DNA of 59,009 nt, the filler included, from Catajapyx aquilonaris (taxonomy: Eukaryota), in assembly GCA_000934665.2 (NCBI GenBank). It is 2 parts of 2 records of this genome, joined end to end, with 100 filler letters (N's around TTAATTAATTAA, not from the genome) between each part and the next. Parts side by side here need not be neighbours in the genome. Positions count along the whole stretch, not along the records: positions 1 to 29,435 come from JYFJ02004793.1; positions 29,536 to 59,009 come from JYFJ02004794.1. One strand, written 5' to 3'. How positions within the stretch are numbered: the stretch's first letter is position 1; every line of letters starts with the position of its first letter. Both the position numbers and the translations under genes were made by a program. Of this stretch, positions 26,408 to 37,460 are shown piece by piece. The notes under the pieces are model-generated. The model saw nothing but the letters and a program-made list of their open reading frames with translations, had not been told where the DNA came from and ran no database searches.

Positions 26408-27357
26408 GCCCAAGAGTGAGGTAAAGAGAGGATGGAGGCTAATGCGATTATACACCACCCTGTACGTACTAAACCCTTTTTTTCCCCGGATAGTACGCAG
26501 CGATTACCGCGGACATGAGCTCGCACTTTTTTAACAAAAAAAAATTTATCAACTAAAACTTGCTAGTTGCGGTACTACCCTCCCACCCACAAAAAAATAT
26601 ATATAGAAATTTGAATGTATAATATGAGCGCTTACGGTTTAGTGCCTTTACCATGGCAGTTATCACGGTTCGATATTTTTCTGGCGGGTAGTTACGGATT
26701 CATAACTTCTCGAAAATGATGAAGCCCTGGCTAAAATACGGGGCTTTAACCGCTTAAAGTTTGCCAACAAAAACCGCATAAAAATGGGGATGGAGGGGCA
26801 GGTACAGAGGGGGGGATGGGGATTCTTGAACACCCTAGAGTGGACTTTTGAGTCCGTTATGGTGTAATGGCGTTTGGTAAAATGATCTCTCTCTTTTTTT
26901 TTGAACCCGGCTCCTCTTTCTTTATAAACGTTTTAAAAATGAGCAAGTGAAAGCATAATTTTTAAACGGCCTGGTCGTTAAATAGGTGGTGCGGAGCTTA
27001 ATTAAGGCTCCGATTAAGACGATCTCTTCTCCATATTTTTAGCGTAAATTGACTTTCAGGCACTTATGCTCCGTTCCTGAAGACAGTTTAACTGTCAGTT
27101 AAGAGCTACCTGCAGCTCAGCGACCATTAAACTACGGATTGCGTTTGTCCTAGACATTATTAAATTATTATTATTATTATTTAACTACTAGTGAAGCCCT
27201 GACCCCCCGACTGTCCAAAAAGTACTTTACTTCGCTCATAGATGGCGCAGAATCAGTAGGTTGGTGCCAACATATGCAAATTGACCGCAATTACGAGCTA
27301 AATTCGGTGGAAAAACCTTTAAAATTATTGATTGTAGTAAATCGCTAGTAATCTCTC

Positions 27358-27572
27358 TGCAGAGTGGATGCACTGCACTTATTTCCAACGCTACTCCATG
27401 GGAGAAACAAAATGGCCGACGTTTGCGACATTGCCAAATCTCTGGAACGAACCTCAGAAGCTACGAGTGTGGGTTATTTTTAGGCCCCCTAAGGACGAGT
27501 AACTCTGGCAGCATTGTTGTCAGAACAATGGAACTGCGCGAGTGTAGATGCGCACTCGGTTGCGCTCGTACA
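27358..27572 (+). repeat. Dispersed repeat family, probable non-autonomous TE
   Basis: aaaatggccgacgtttgc...ctctggaa...aacctcaga...gctgcgcga...tgcgcactcggttg shared with about 22850-23000, reversed at about 28600-28722 and partial at about 29095. Confidence 0.7.
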
Positions 27573-28747
27573 AGTTATCTACAACTAATGACTCAAGCGG
27601 GACAAACAGAGACCCAAAGGCACAATCTCGAGCCAATAATTACGAGATAAAAGTGATAAATTCGGTAAAATTAAACGAAAGCTAGACAAATCCTCGCTTA
27701 GCGCGCATTTTTATAGGGCGCAGGCCTAGAAAGCTACTCGCTTCGCTCGTTTTTTTTTTCTAGGCCTGCGTCCTTCTGGCGGAGAGTTAGTCTTATTGAC
27801 AGTTGAGTGTAGCCGAGTTAGATAATGTTTGTGAGAAGTTTTAATATTATAGATTTTAGAGAAAATCACCGAATGAATTAAAAATAAAATAGAGGGGCTC
27901 AGCTTCAAATGTGGCAACATTGTCCTCGAGGTTGGCTTATAAGGTGAGGTGACATCCAAATAAAATTGGGCGATTGAGGCCAGGAGGCACACGCTGCCAG
28001 TTTTAGCCAATTTAATTGCGGGGAGGGCAAAGAAAGGGTAGGGGGTCGGCCCCGGGGCCACAAAAATTCATTTTCTGCGAGGGGAGGCTGATCCGGGGCC
28101 ATGCTTTTTTCTCCCCCCACAATACCATTTGAGTGAAGAAAGCTGGTGGAGCAGAGTAAAAGTGTTTGCGATGACAAGGCTTGCGGCAGGCAGAAGAGTG
28201 TTGGCCTCTTCTTTTCCTAGGGTCTTTCTCCTCTCGCCCCTACCCAACCCAGAAAGAAACTTATAAAAAAAAGAAGAAAGAAAGCATGAGCAGATAGAAG
28301 CATCAGAGGCCACTTCTCCTAACGAGATAAGGGAGCCGGGCTGGGCTGGATGCGAAACTCGGATAAATTTGATTTATTCCGTGCCCCTTCTCCGATTTAT
28401 TGGCCGATTTGGACTGGCCCAAAAGTCCAGGAAATAAGGCACGATGGATGCCCGCCTCTTCCAAAAAATTTATATAAAAATCCCTACCACTGTGTACACT
28501 TTCCTAAGGTCACTAAGGGCCGGTCGCATCAAAACAAATTGAAGATAAACGCCGATTATGTGCAAGAACTCTCAATCGAACGTCTTTTAGATTAATTTTT
28601 CACGAACGAAACCGAGTGCGCAACCATACTCGCGCAGCTCCATTGTTCAGAGCCATGTAAATTCTACAAACATGTGTCATTTTGTTTCCCCTCCAAGCGT
28701 AGCGTTGGAAATAAGTGCAGCGCTTATTTGACTCGACCTTGGACTCG

Positions 28748-29050
28748 ACTTACGTAGCCCTGACTTACGTAGACCACACTTACACAGACATTACTTACAT
28801 AGACCCCAATAAGTAAGATCTACGTAAGTAATGTGTACGTATGTAGAGTATACGTAAGTGAAGGCTATACGTATACGCTCCTTACGTACATCCGACTTAC
28901 GTAGGCCCCAATAAGTAAGATCTACGTAAGTAATGTGTACGTAAGTAGAGTATACATAGGTGAAGTCTATACCACTATACGTATACGCTCCTTACGTAGG
29001 CATTACTTACGTAGATCTTACTTATGTAGGCATTACTTGCATAGATCTTA
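28748..29050. repeat. CTTACGTA-rich minisatellite with about 100-bp internal duplication and inverted copies
   Basis: ccccaataagtaagatctacgtaagtaatgtgtacgta at 28804 and 28906; reversed cattacttacgtagatcttac near 29001. Confidence 0.8.
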
Positions 29051-29394
29051 CAGAGAGTTTACCAGAGTCTATCATTGATAATGCCAACCGTACAAGCTGC
29101 GCGAACTGAAGTGCGCATTCGGTTGTGCTTGTTTTAAAACAAAATTCACAGCTGTCAACTGCTTCTACTGAAGCCGATGGGCGCAATCAGTAATTTGCTA
29201 TTTTTTACAGAAAAATTTCTGCGAAATTGGTACAGTGAGTGTGAGTTGTGGTGGATTCATTTTTAAACTGAAAGCCGGCATGTAATGAAGATGATAGCGA
29301 AAAGCCGGGAGCCTGCAAACGCAGTAATTGAGGCTTTTAGGGGCCGCAAATAATCCCAAAGTTGGTTTAGTGTTTTGTGGGTGGGTGGGAGAGT

Positions 29395-29428
29395 CTCCTC
29401 CTCCTCCTCCTCCTCCTCCTCCTCCTCC
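29395..29428. repeat. (CCT)n microsatellite at a contig end
   Basis: About 11 CCT units just before the gap. Confidence 0.9.
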
Positions 29429-29435
29429 ATCCCTG

Positions 29436-29535
29436 NNNNNNNNNNNNNNNNNNNNNNNNNNNNNNNNNNNNNNNNNNNNTTAATTAATTAANNNNNNNNN
29501 NNNNNNNNNNNNNNNNNNNNNNNNNNNNNNNNNNN
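29436..29535. other. Artificial 100-bp assembly gap: N44-TTAATTAATTAA-N44
   Basis: Symmetric N runs around a 12-mer (29480-29491) that has stop codons in all six frames. Confidence 0.95.
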
Positions 29536-29635
29536 TCTCTTAGCAACGACTTGCTTATAAACAAGCAGCTTGCGCGATTTTTTCGATAACTACTGGTGCC
29601 ATAGAGTTGGATCACCCTGTATATATATATATATA

Positions 29636-29975
29636 TATAACGGCGATTAATAGCAGTGATTTTGAGATGACGTAGCAGCGACGTGTAAAATGTCCCACTT
29701 CGGCGCCATCGAAAATATTAGCTGCCAATAGCAGCACGCATGTAATCAACCCTGCTGCTGGGTTGACCTGGAAAAAAGGAGGTGCACACATGACCTGCGA
29801 TGCGCCTGGGTGAAATGGGTGACGCCCAAGGCACCAGATGGACCTGTAATGCAAGGGGGAACTCGGGGAAGCCTGCAAACGAAACACAGCTACTATTTTC
29901 GATGGCGCCGAAGTGGGCCATTTTACACGTGGCTGCTACGTCAATCGTAAAGCGCTTCTATTAATAGCCGTTATA
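29636..29975. repeat. Inverted repeat, about 90-bp diverged arms, about 160-bp spacer
   Basis: tataacggcgattaatag...gtgtaaaatgtcccacttcggcgccatcgaaaata pairs with tattttcgatggcgccgaagtgggccattttacacg...ctattaatagccgttata. Confidence 0.85.
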
Positions 29976-30011
29976 AAACGACACTTGAAGTTGGTCCACC
30001 TTGTATATAAA

Positions 30012-30357
30012 AACAACAACAACAACAATAATAATTGTGGGTATTGCCAGGTATTGCTTCTGACCCCTTGGGTACAAGCAGAGACCTTTATTTTAGCCAT
30101 GGCGGGACCTTTCGCGAAACGCCCGGCCCACGGGCAGGGTGACAGATGGTTATGTGCAATGTGCAGTGGAAAGTTTCTAATATGGTACATAGTTTGGGAA
30201 CTCCCTCGGGTGGTTAGTCTTAACGGAGATACCACCCGAGACGAAGCCAGAGATGGCCATGAACTCTGCACGAGATGAAGGGGGGAACCCCGGGCTGGGA
30301 TCGAACCCGGGACCTAAACATCCGTGGGCGCATATGTTACCGCAGGGCCACTCCGCT
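30012..30357 (-). mobile_element. tRNA-derived SINE, apparently full length with (ATT)n(GTT)n tail
   Basis: Minus strand: A-box-like GTGGCCCTGCGGT, B box GGTTCGATCCC (30297-30307), a body shared with the 57371 copy, and a simple-repeat tail at 30012-30035. Confidence 0.8.
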
Positions 30358-31239
30358 TCCCTGTGATCATGTTATATTTGGCAGATTCTGCACAATATCT
30401 TTGAAAATAAATTAATACTTGATGCATTTTAAAAAAAATCTTTGGTGTAGGATTAGGATATATCGCAGGATATAGGATGCAGTATAATGATAGAAAAAAA
30501 AAGTGACATGGCCGATGTGATATGACATGGTCTGAAAGGCGCAAGAAGCATCCTCCATCCATTTGCAAGTCGTAGTTATTCTTCTGATCTAGTTCCTGGA
30601 GTAAATGATGGGGAGAGTTGTTTCTCTGGTATCGGACTCCGGGTGAGAAGAAGAGCCGGCTAATAAGTGGCGACAGCTGGTGTTTGGGGAGTGAAAAGTG
30701 GCAGCAGCAGGCAATTACAGGGTAGGCCCTTGACACTGGCTCTCATATCTTGAAGACAGTTGGCCCCCAAAGTTTTGGGGGAAGGGCTTGGTTCGGCTCT
30801 CCCTGAGCGCCGGGGGAAGAGTTATTGCCGTTTCCCCCACAATTATCATTTCCTTGTTTTGGCGCGGCTTGGTTGGAGTTGGGGGCCAGGAGGGGGAGAG
30901 AAGGGTAGTCATTAGGGGGTGAAGGTGGGGGAGTTGATGGCCTGGGGGGCCCTGGGCCCCGTCGTTTGGGAGACGAGGCGATCAAGGTGACGGATCCTAC
31001 TTGGCGCGCAGGAGAACAAGAGACAGAGTCTCTAACGAACCGAGGCCCCGGCACAATTTCCCTCCGGCATTATTCCTCCGAGAGAGGAAGAGAAGAAGAG
31101 ACGGAATGATCCGCCATGGATCGAGGCCTCTTACAAGCCCAAACTTTCCAGGACTATTCAGGAAAAGGGGCTCGCGACAAGGCTGGAGACGCGCGAACAC
31201 TTCTGGTGCCCAACGAGCTTGGAGTCGGATGGCCTCCTG

Positions 31240-31547
31240 TGACGTCACTGCTGGGGAGTGCAATCACACTTTACGATGACGTCAATACCTGGTCCAGGCC
31301 CTGGTCACTTCCCCCATTTTTGTGTGAGCGTAGCTCTTCTCCCCCACCAAGAGGGGCTTGCCATGGCGGCGCTGCAGTCTCGGACCCGAAAATAGGTGGC
31401 GCCTTACCTAGGGGAAAATTCTGAACCATTTCGGTCGACTCAGATTGGCTGGAGTAAGCTCACAGGGGGAGAAATGTTACTGGTACCGGTATAAGGTATA
31501 CGAGTGACCGGGGCCTGACCTGGTCAATGACATTACGAGTGACGTCA
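31240..31547. promoter_or_regulatory. Cluster of three full CRE palindromes (TGACGTCA) with nuclear-receptor-type half sites; candidate enhancer
   Basis: TGACGTCA at 31240, 31277 and 31540; TGACCTGGTCAATGACA at 31516-31532; ATTGG at 31444. Motif matches only. Confidence 0.3.
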
Positions 31548-31669
31548 CGGGTGGGGTGACGAGAGTTGCGAGTGCGGTCAAGCTTCGTGATGACTTCCAT
31601 TGTGGAGAGTTGCAAGTGATGCGAGTTGTGGACATTGCAAGTGCTGTGGTGTCGTTTAAGCGACAAATA

Positions 31670-32176
31670 CAGGGTGCTCACAATGAACCTCCCTAGTTTC
31701 AAAGAGCGGTAAAAAAAATAGAAATGCGGAAGTATATAAGGTTTTGGTTGTTTACACAGTCTGGAGGCTCATCAAGTTTCATCCTGAATTTTCGGAACGG
31801 CCTATGTGATGCGGTGGTACTCCTGTGGGGCATGCTGTCGGAAGATGCAAACATAGCCTCTACAGAGGGAAAAACGCAAGTCGTGGGGTGGTTGGTCGAG
31901 CTGAAGTCTATCACATAAGTGGTGGACAGCCCAAATAATGGCGTGTCCTCCATCACCCCTGACATGCTGGAGACTTGGAGAGAGCCTCGGGGAAAGGAGA
32001 TTATCGGCTTAAAATTGTGCTTACTACTAAAGGAGCACAATGTGGAAGGCTACTGATTTTTTTAAAAATAAACTTGATGAGTGTCCCTTCTCATTTGTAC
32101 AATTTTGACACAATGGTCCAGTAACTAGCGTAATAGTAGCAAGTTGAAAGTAGGGAGATTCATTGTGGACATCCTG
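31670..32176 (+). mobile_element. Internally deleted Tc1/mariner-superfamily (maT/DD37D-like) element with C-terminal transposase remnant
   Basis: TA TSDs; about 33-bp imperfect TIRs (CAGGGTGCTCACAATGAACCTCCCTAGTTTCAA); broken frames give LCDxxxLWGML, LVELK, SITPDMLETWRE and DYRLKIVLTTKGAHVE, matching the DFFLWG...ITPDML...GAHVE tail of these transposases. Confidence 0.8.
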
Positions 32177-33131
32177 TACTGCTGGAACTTAAATTCCATT
32201 TCATTGACATTCTTTCAAACATTAGTTGAACTTTTTAAACCACTATCGACATGGAAGAGCATTGGTTCTAGTGTGTGATATTTCAAAATGTCCGGGCAAA
32301 ATGGTGTTTGTCTCTAATTGGGTTGCCAATTTGGCAACAGTTGTCCCGTGGGACAATTATGTATCGTACATTATATTTTGGACAAAACTTTCATGGTTCG
32401 TTAATTTAAGAAGGAAGCCTTAATATCAAATAATCATAACTGACATAAAAACTTAGTGGCGAATATAAGAATGCAAACTAAATGCTGGAAAATTTGCGAT
32501 TTCAAAAGCACAGGTATTTTTGAACATTTTACATGACTGTATGGGAGTCGCCATGCATGAGCTATCTCCGTATGAACTGATTGTCAAACAACTGTCCAGA
32601 TTTTCCTCGATCACTTTCCAAATTTTGTATTGTCCAGCTCTTCGGTATGTCATTGGTTCAAAACGTCACGTTTTCCATACAATATGGCAGCCGTCACCAA
32701 AGAGAACAGCTGTCGCCATTTTTGATGTGTCCAGCAGGTGGAATATAGGTACTAACGTTCATTTTTTGCCAGTTCTTTCTCGGCCAACCCGATTGCTGTT
32801 GTTACTGAACCTGAGCGATCTGTTCTCGGAATCGTACCCAGTGTACCCGATCTCTTTTGGCTATACTGCGATTTGCGGGGCTTTCCTTGACAATTTTTCC
32901 GGGAAGAGAAGACATTTTTACTACGAAGGAGTTCCAAATGGAAAGTTGATTGTGTCACAGAGAACAGTCATTATGACTTACTGTTAGTCGAAATGTGTAC
33001 GATATAGAGTACAGTAGCGGGGGAGGGGAAACAAACGTAGCGTGGATGACTTCTACTCCCAACAGCCAACCTACATGTGTTGTTGTGATTAAATTTTCCA
33101 ATTCGCCAGAAGGATGGCCTTTACTTTCATT

Positions 33132-33292
33132 ATGAACTTCTGTAAGTTATGTCTCAAAAAAGTTGCTCTCCAAACAAATTTCTCACCACATGAATCACAT
33201 TTGTATGGTTTTACTTCAGCGTGCACTCTGATGAGTTTTCGTGGCGCCCTCTGGTTGCACCTCCTTCCATATGTCTTGCACTCATGAGGCTG
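33132..33292 (-). pseudogene. Degenerate tandem C2H2 zinc-finger fragment
   Basis: Minus strand reads *QPHECKTYGRRCNQRAPRKLIRVHAEVKPYKCDSCGEKFVWRATFLRHNL then, after a frameshift, EVH: a C-x2-C-x12-H finger with a TGEKPY-like linker (HAEVKPY), preceded by a decayed finger and an in-frame stop. Confidence 0.65.
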
Positions 33293-33316
33293 TTACGCTG
33301 TGCCAGGACACGTATA

Positions 33317-33740
33317 CAGGGTGTATCTGAACTCAGTGCCCCGACGTATATGACTGCCTTCCTAGCCACCAGAGGATCGATTTAAGTATAGGAGTCATTA
33401 TGTTTTGCCGCCGCATTACGGAGATAATTGGCCGCAAACATGTAGTACAAAATATCCTGTCGGTTAGGCCACCCATCGAACCCTCCCCCAGTCAGAAGGG
33501 TCTGGAAGGTCTGGGGGCGGGACTTTGTTGGTTTGTTGCCCACAGGTGGTAAGGCCTCTTTGGCTAGTTACACCAGAAAATTCTATTTAAAAGTCAGAAG
33601 GAGCGATTAGGCAAAAATCGCTAAAGAGTGTATCTCCGTAATGCGGCGGCCAAACATAATGATTCCTATACTTAAATCGATCCTCTGGTGGCTAGGAAGG
33701 CAGTCATATACGTCGGGGCACTGAGTTCAGATACACCCTG
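33317..33740. mobile_element. 424-bp Tc1/mariner-type MITE, about 110-bp TIRs, copy 1
   Basis: TA|CAGGGTGTATCTGAACTCAGTGCCCCG...CGGGGCACTGAGTTCAGATACACCCTG|TA; same-length copy at 54159-54582. Confidence 0.95.
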
Positions 33741-34198
33741 TATACTACACTCGCTTTGCGAGCCGGTGGGGCTCCGCCCCCCTTGCGCGCCTTCGGCGCG
33801 GTGCCCGTATTCCGCCGTAATCCATCCGTTTACAGAACCCGTGACGTCACGGTCCACAAAGGCGTGGAGTATTAAAATGCGCCCTAGGTGACGTATCATG
33901 AAAAAAGGCTACGTGGGATTAGAGTGGATACTGCTCTCAGCGGGTGATGGATGGGGCTATTGTTCTCGGGGAGTTTGCGGATACATTAATTTGGCGATCT
34001 CGGGTTTGCGTCTACATTTAATTTGGCGATCTCCAAAACGGCTAGGACTTTTGCGATTATGAGGATGTTTGGCATTGGTATACCGGAGGCTAGAAATCCA
34101 ACGGTATAAGTCCGAGGTCTCTACGACGTCGGGAAGTGCGAAATCTTGTCCATCCTATATCCTCGGATTGGGGCTTTATATATATTAGACTCGCTTTG

Positions 34199-34615
34199 CC
34201 ATAAGCCATATGCCAATGGCGTAATGGTCATCAGATGATCATTTACAGTATCGGAATCATAGGCCTGGGCCGCCGCATGACCGAGATAATTGACCTCAAC
34301 CAATAGGTATAAAATATCCTGGCAGGTATGCAAACCTTCTGCCGCAATCGCGTCACAGGTGAAGGTCGCAGCTATTTTCTGGGGGGCTACTGCCACACTG
34401 CTATTGGAGTAGTCACTGAGGGCTCTTAGAATGCAGTTCCCCCCAGATGCACTGCTATTCTACAATCACGCTAAAGCGCAATCGCTACTTCGCAAATGAT
34501 CAATTATCTACGTGATGTGGCTGCCTAGACATGATGACCCCTCTACATATAATGATGCTCTGGTGCCCCTTATGCCATTGGTACATGGCTTATGGTAGAG
34601 TTTTGATACACCCTG
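34199..34615. mobile_element. Older diverged MITE related to the 424-bp family, left tip lost
   Basis: ccataagccatatgccaatggc...gagataattg pairs with caattatct...gccattggtacatggcttatgg; right end GATACACCCTG|TA; shares GAGATAATTG...TATAAAATATCCTG with 33317. Confidence 0.7.
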
Positions 34616-35909
34616 TATATTAGAAGATAGAAGATACTTGATTAGATGAGGCCACTTCGGTGCATATGAAAATTAATTTACGGGATTTTTTAGACACTAA
34701 CGAAAATGTTTGTTTGTCTATCGATTCCTTTGTTCGTCTGACACTTATATGCTAACAAAATGAGACCTTTTTCAAAATTTGCATTTATATTGTCGTTAGT
34801 CGGGATGGGTAAATGACTCCATTCGTAAAATTGTGTCATAGCATTTAGTACGATAGTGACTTTAATTTGACAGATGAATGTTTCCTACAAAAAGGGGGAA
34901 AGTGATGTACATGTAACTAAAGCAGAGTCAGGAAAACCCTCAGGTAGTCCGCTCAGGGGAAGGCTGAATGCTCTTTTTTTGGAATGTTCAGATGTTCCTT
35001 TTTTATGTCGTGCATGTCCAGAGAGGACATTTACGGATTATGGCTGCCGTTTTGGAAGTGACCAACCCTAACAAAACTTGTACTTCTTTTAACGACCCTT
35101 AAGATGACAGGGTGTCCCCGAATGTCCGCAGCCGTGAGCAATGTCCCCTGTATATCCGGGGAGTAATATTCGTCGTCGCGGACTCTGCCACAAATTCCTC
35201 GCGTTTTGGCAAAAGTTCCACTACCATAAACAGGGCCGGGTTTTAAGTCCCACTTTTCGCAAAGTTGAGTTAGTCTGGGAGGAGGAGGGGGGCTGCTGGA
35301 AGTTGGTTTTCTGCGGCGCATAATGCAGGAGTCCTTGCACCATAAACTGGCTGCCTGCTCTTCGAAACATTACCCTCAAAATGTGCCTCTGGAGGAGGAG
35401 CCGCCAGTTTATTATGTTTGGAGGACTGGAAAGACGCCTCGTTACGCAAGGAGAAGGAAAAAGGAATGAGGGAAGGTGGAGGGAGAGACAGGGGTGTGTA
35501 TACGCGTAAGTGCGGTACAAGTACGGCTCTGAGACTCAACACTGCAGGTGACGAAATTGTTTTCGCAGAAGCATGAGGCAAATGCAGTGGAAGTCTGTGT
35601 AATGAGCTATGCCTTAGACCAGTCCTTTTCATGCCGTTGTGTATAGCTGGGAGATTAACTGCTGGCCAGTGATAAGCTTTGTTTTGCTTAGTTAATTCCA
35701 GTTGTGTTGCTCGAGGCAGCACTTCATCATGCATTTGAAAGAATATTATGCAAAATCCTGCACCTGTATGCAATGTAAATTACTTTTAATTTGCATTAAT
35801 CGTGTCAAATAACGGTTTGTGCCTATACTGGTTATGGAAAAAAAACATTGCAGAGATCAATTTGCGAGAATGCAAATCGGATCCATGCGTTTGCGCGTAA
35901 CATTGCCAA

Positions 35910-35977
35910 ATGATGGCTTCTGACGAAGAAAATGAAAGTTCTATTGAACATTCATTTTATTCGTCAGAAACCATCAT
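35910..35977. repeat. 68-nt hairpin, 32-bp stem, 3 mismatches, 4-nt loop
   Basis: atgatggcttctgacgaagaaaatgaaagttc-tatt-gaacattcattttattcgtcagaaaccatcat. Confidence 0.85.
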
Positions 35978-36967
35978 ATGCTGCTTGAGAGCTCTTGAAT
36001 AACCACCATCAAATGAATATTGCGAAATGATAAATCAAAATAGTTACTTGCAATCGCGGTTAATGGCGGTTGTAGGTTTTCGCGAAGAAATCTGAAAACT
36101 ATAGACACTGTGTCAGGTGCTACCTTATTCTGGATTGATCATGATTTTTGCAGAACTTGAAGTGTGATGCGCATAATAAATTCATCCCATATGCCGGTAC
36201 CTCGTTGAACCCCAGCACAGTTTTATCTCCAGTGGTGTCCGCAATCTATGACGTGTTTTCTGCCTTGGTTGTGTCGTCTAATGCAATTGAGGCCTCGCTG
36301 TGAATCCCGCGCGTCTAAATTTGCATAGGCTATAGGAGTATGAAAATGAAGGTACGCAGGGTTCATATTATCAAGATTTGCGGCTAGCGTGTGGGTTGAA
36401 TGCAAAGTAGGAACGAGTTGTGGAGATATTCTGAAAATCCCTCGCAAGTTTGCGTTTCGCTAATCTCTAAACGCCTGTCCTCACAACGCATAGACGGCGT
36501 GAGTCAGTGATCCCCTATAAACTGATATAATACATTTTAGCTGGCACGAGAGATAAGCAGCTACAGCTCTGGCAGGTTAAAAGTACTCCAGCAGCTACTT
36601 TTCCAATATGGCTACCACAATTTCAAAGCTAAGGGTACCGGTATACTTGTATGCCAGGCTGGCGGCGTGTCCAGGAGTGGGCCGGAAGAGGATGAAAATC
36701 CTTACGGGATTTCGTGAGCGAGGCCTCTTATTCACCCGGAAAAAGTGTCTCGTTGTTGCTTTGTGCCCGGATGTAAACCCGGGGGCGAAATGGTTACATT
36801 ATGAGAAAAGTAACTGTAGTTGTTGAAAGATCCAGCCAGTAATGAAGTGAGGGAAAGGGGCTAGTACTGTATACATGGACTGGCACGATTTCCTGTGTTG
36901 ATTACATTCTCAAAAATCATGACTGACTCCATTAATTTGGTATGTTCATCCCACATAGAAAGCTATA

Positions 36968-37460
36968 CAGGGTGCTCAAAAACTCGCGGAAAGTCGCCAG
37001 GTAGCCTGATAGGACTCGCAAAACTAATATAGGGATGTGGAAGTAGTTTTGGGCTAACTTGCATAGTTTTGGCGTACGACGCCTTCAAGATTTCGGCAGT
37101 TTCATGACGTCACATCCGCCTTGAGGCCCCTATTGCGTCATCATACATGTTGTTGTGGCTGTTGCCATTGGCACTGATTATTGTTGCGAATATTGTCAAC
37201 TGTGATTGTTGAGAAATAAACAACGATTTCAGTCTGGCAATTGTCGACTGGCCACAGATACAAGCTGAAATCGTTGTTTATTTCTCAACAATCACAGTTG
37301 ACAATATTCGCACCAATAATCAGTGAATCTCCCGAAATCTTAAAGGCGTCGTACGCAAAAACTATGCAAGTTAGCCCAAAACTACTTCCACGTCCCTATA
37401 TTAGTTTTGCAAGTCCTATCAGGCTACGTGGCCACTTTCCGCGAGTTTTTGAGCACCCTG
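36968..37460. mobile_element. Tc1/mariner-type MITE, about 130-bp TIRs, with nested internal hairpin at 37172-37325
   Basis: TA|CAGGGTGCTCAAAAACTCGCGGAAAGT...ACTTTCCGCGAGTTTTTGAGCACCCTG|TA; the internal about 60-bp stem cactgattattg...gatttcag pairs with ctgaaatc...caataatcagtg. Confidence 0.92.

Noticed and set aside
30290..30357. Functional tRNA gene (also 57371-57440)
   Set aside because: No convincing acceptor or anticodon stems, and both copies continue into a shared non-tRNA body, so they are SINE heads.
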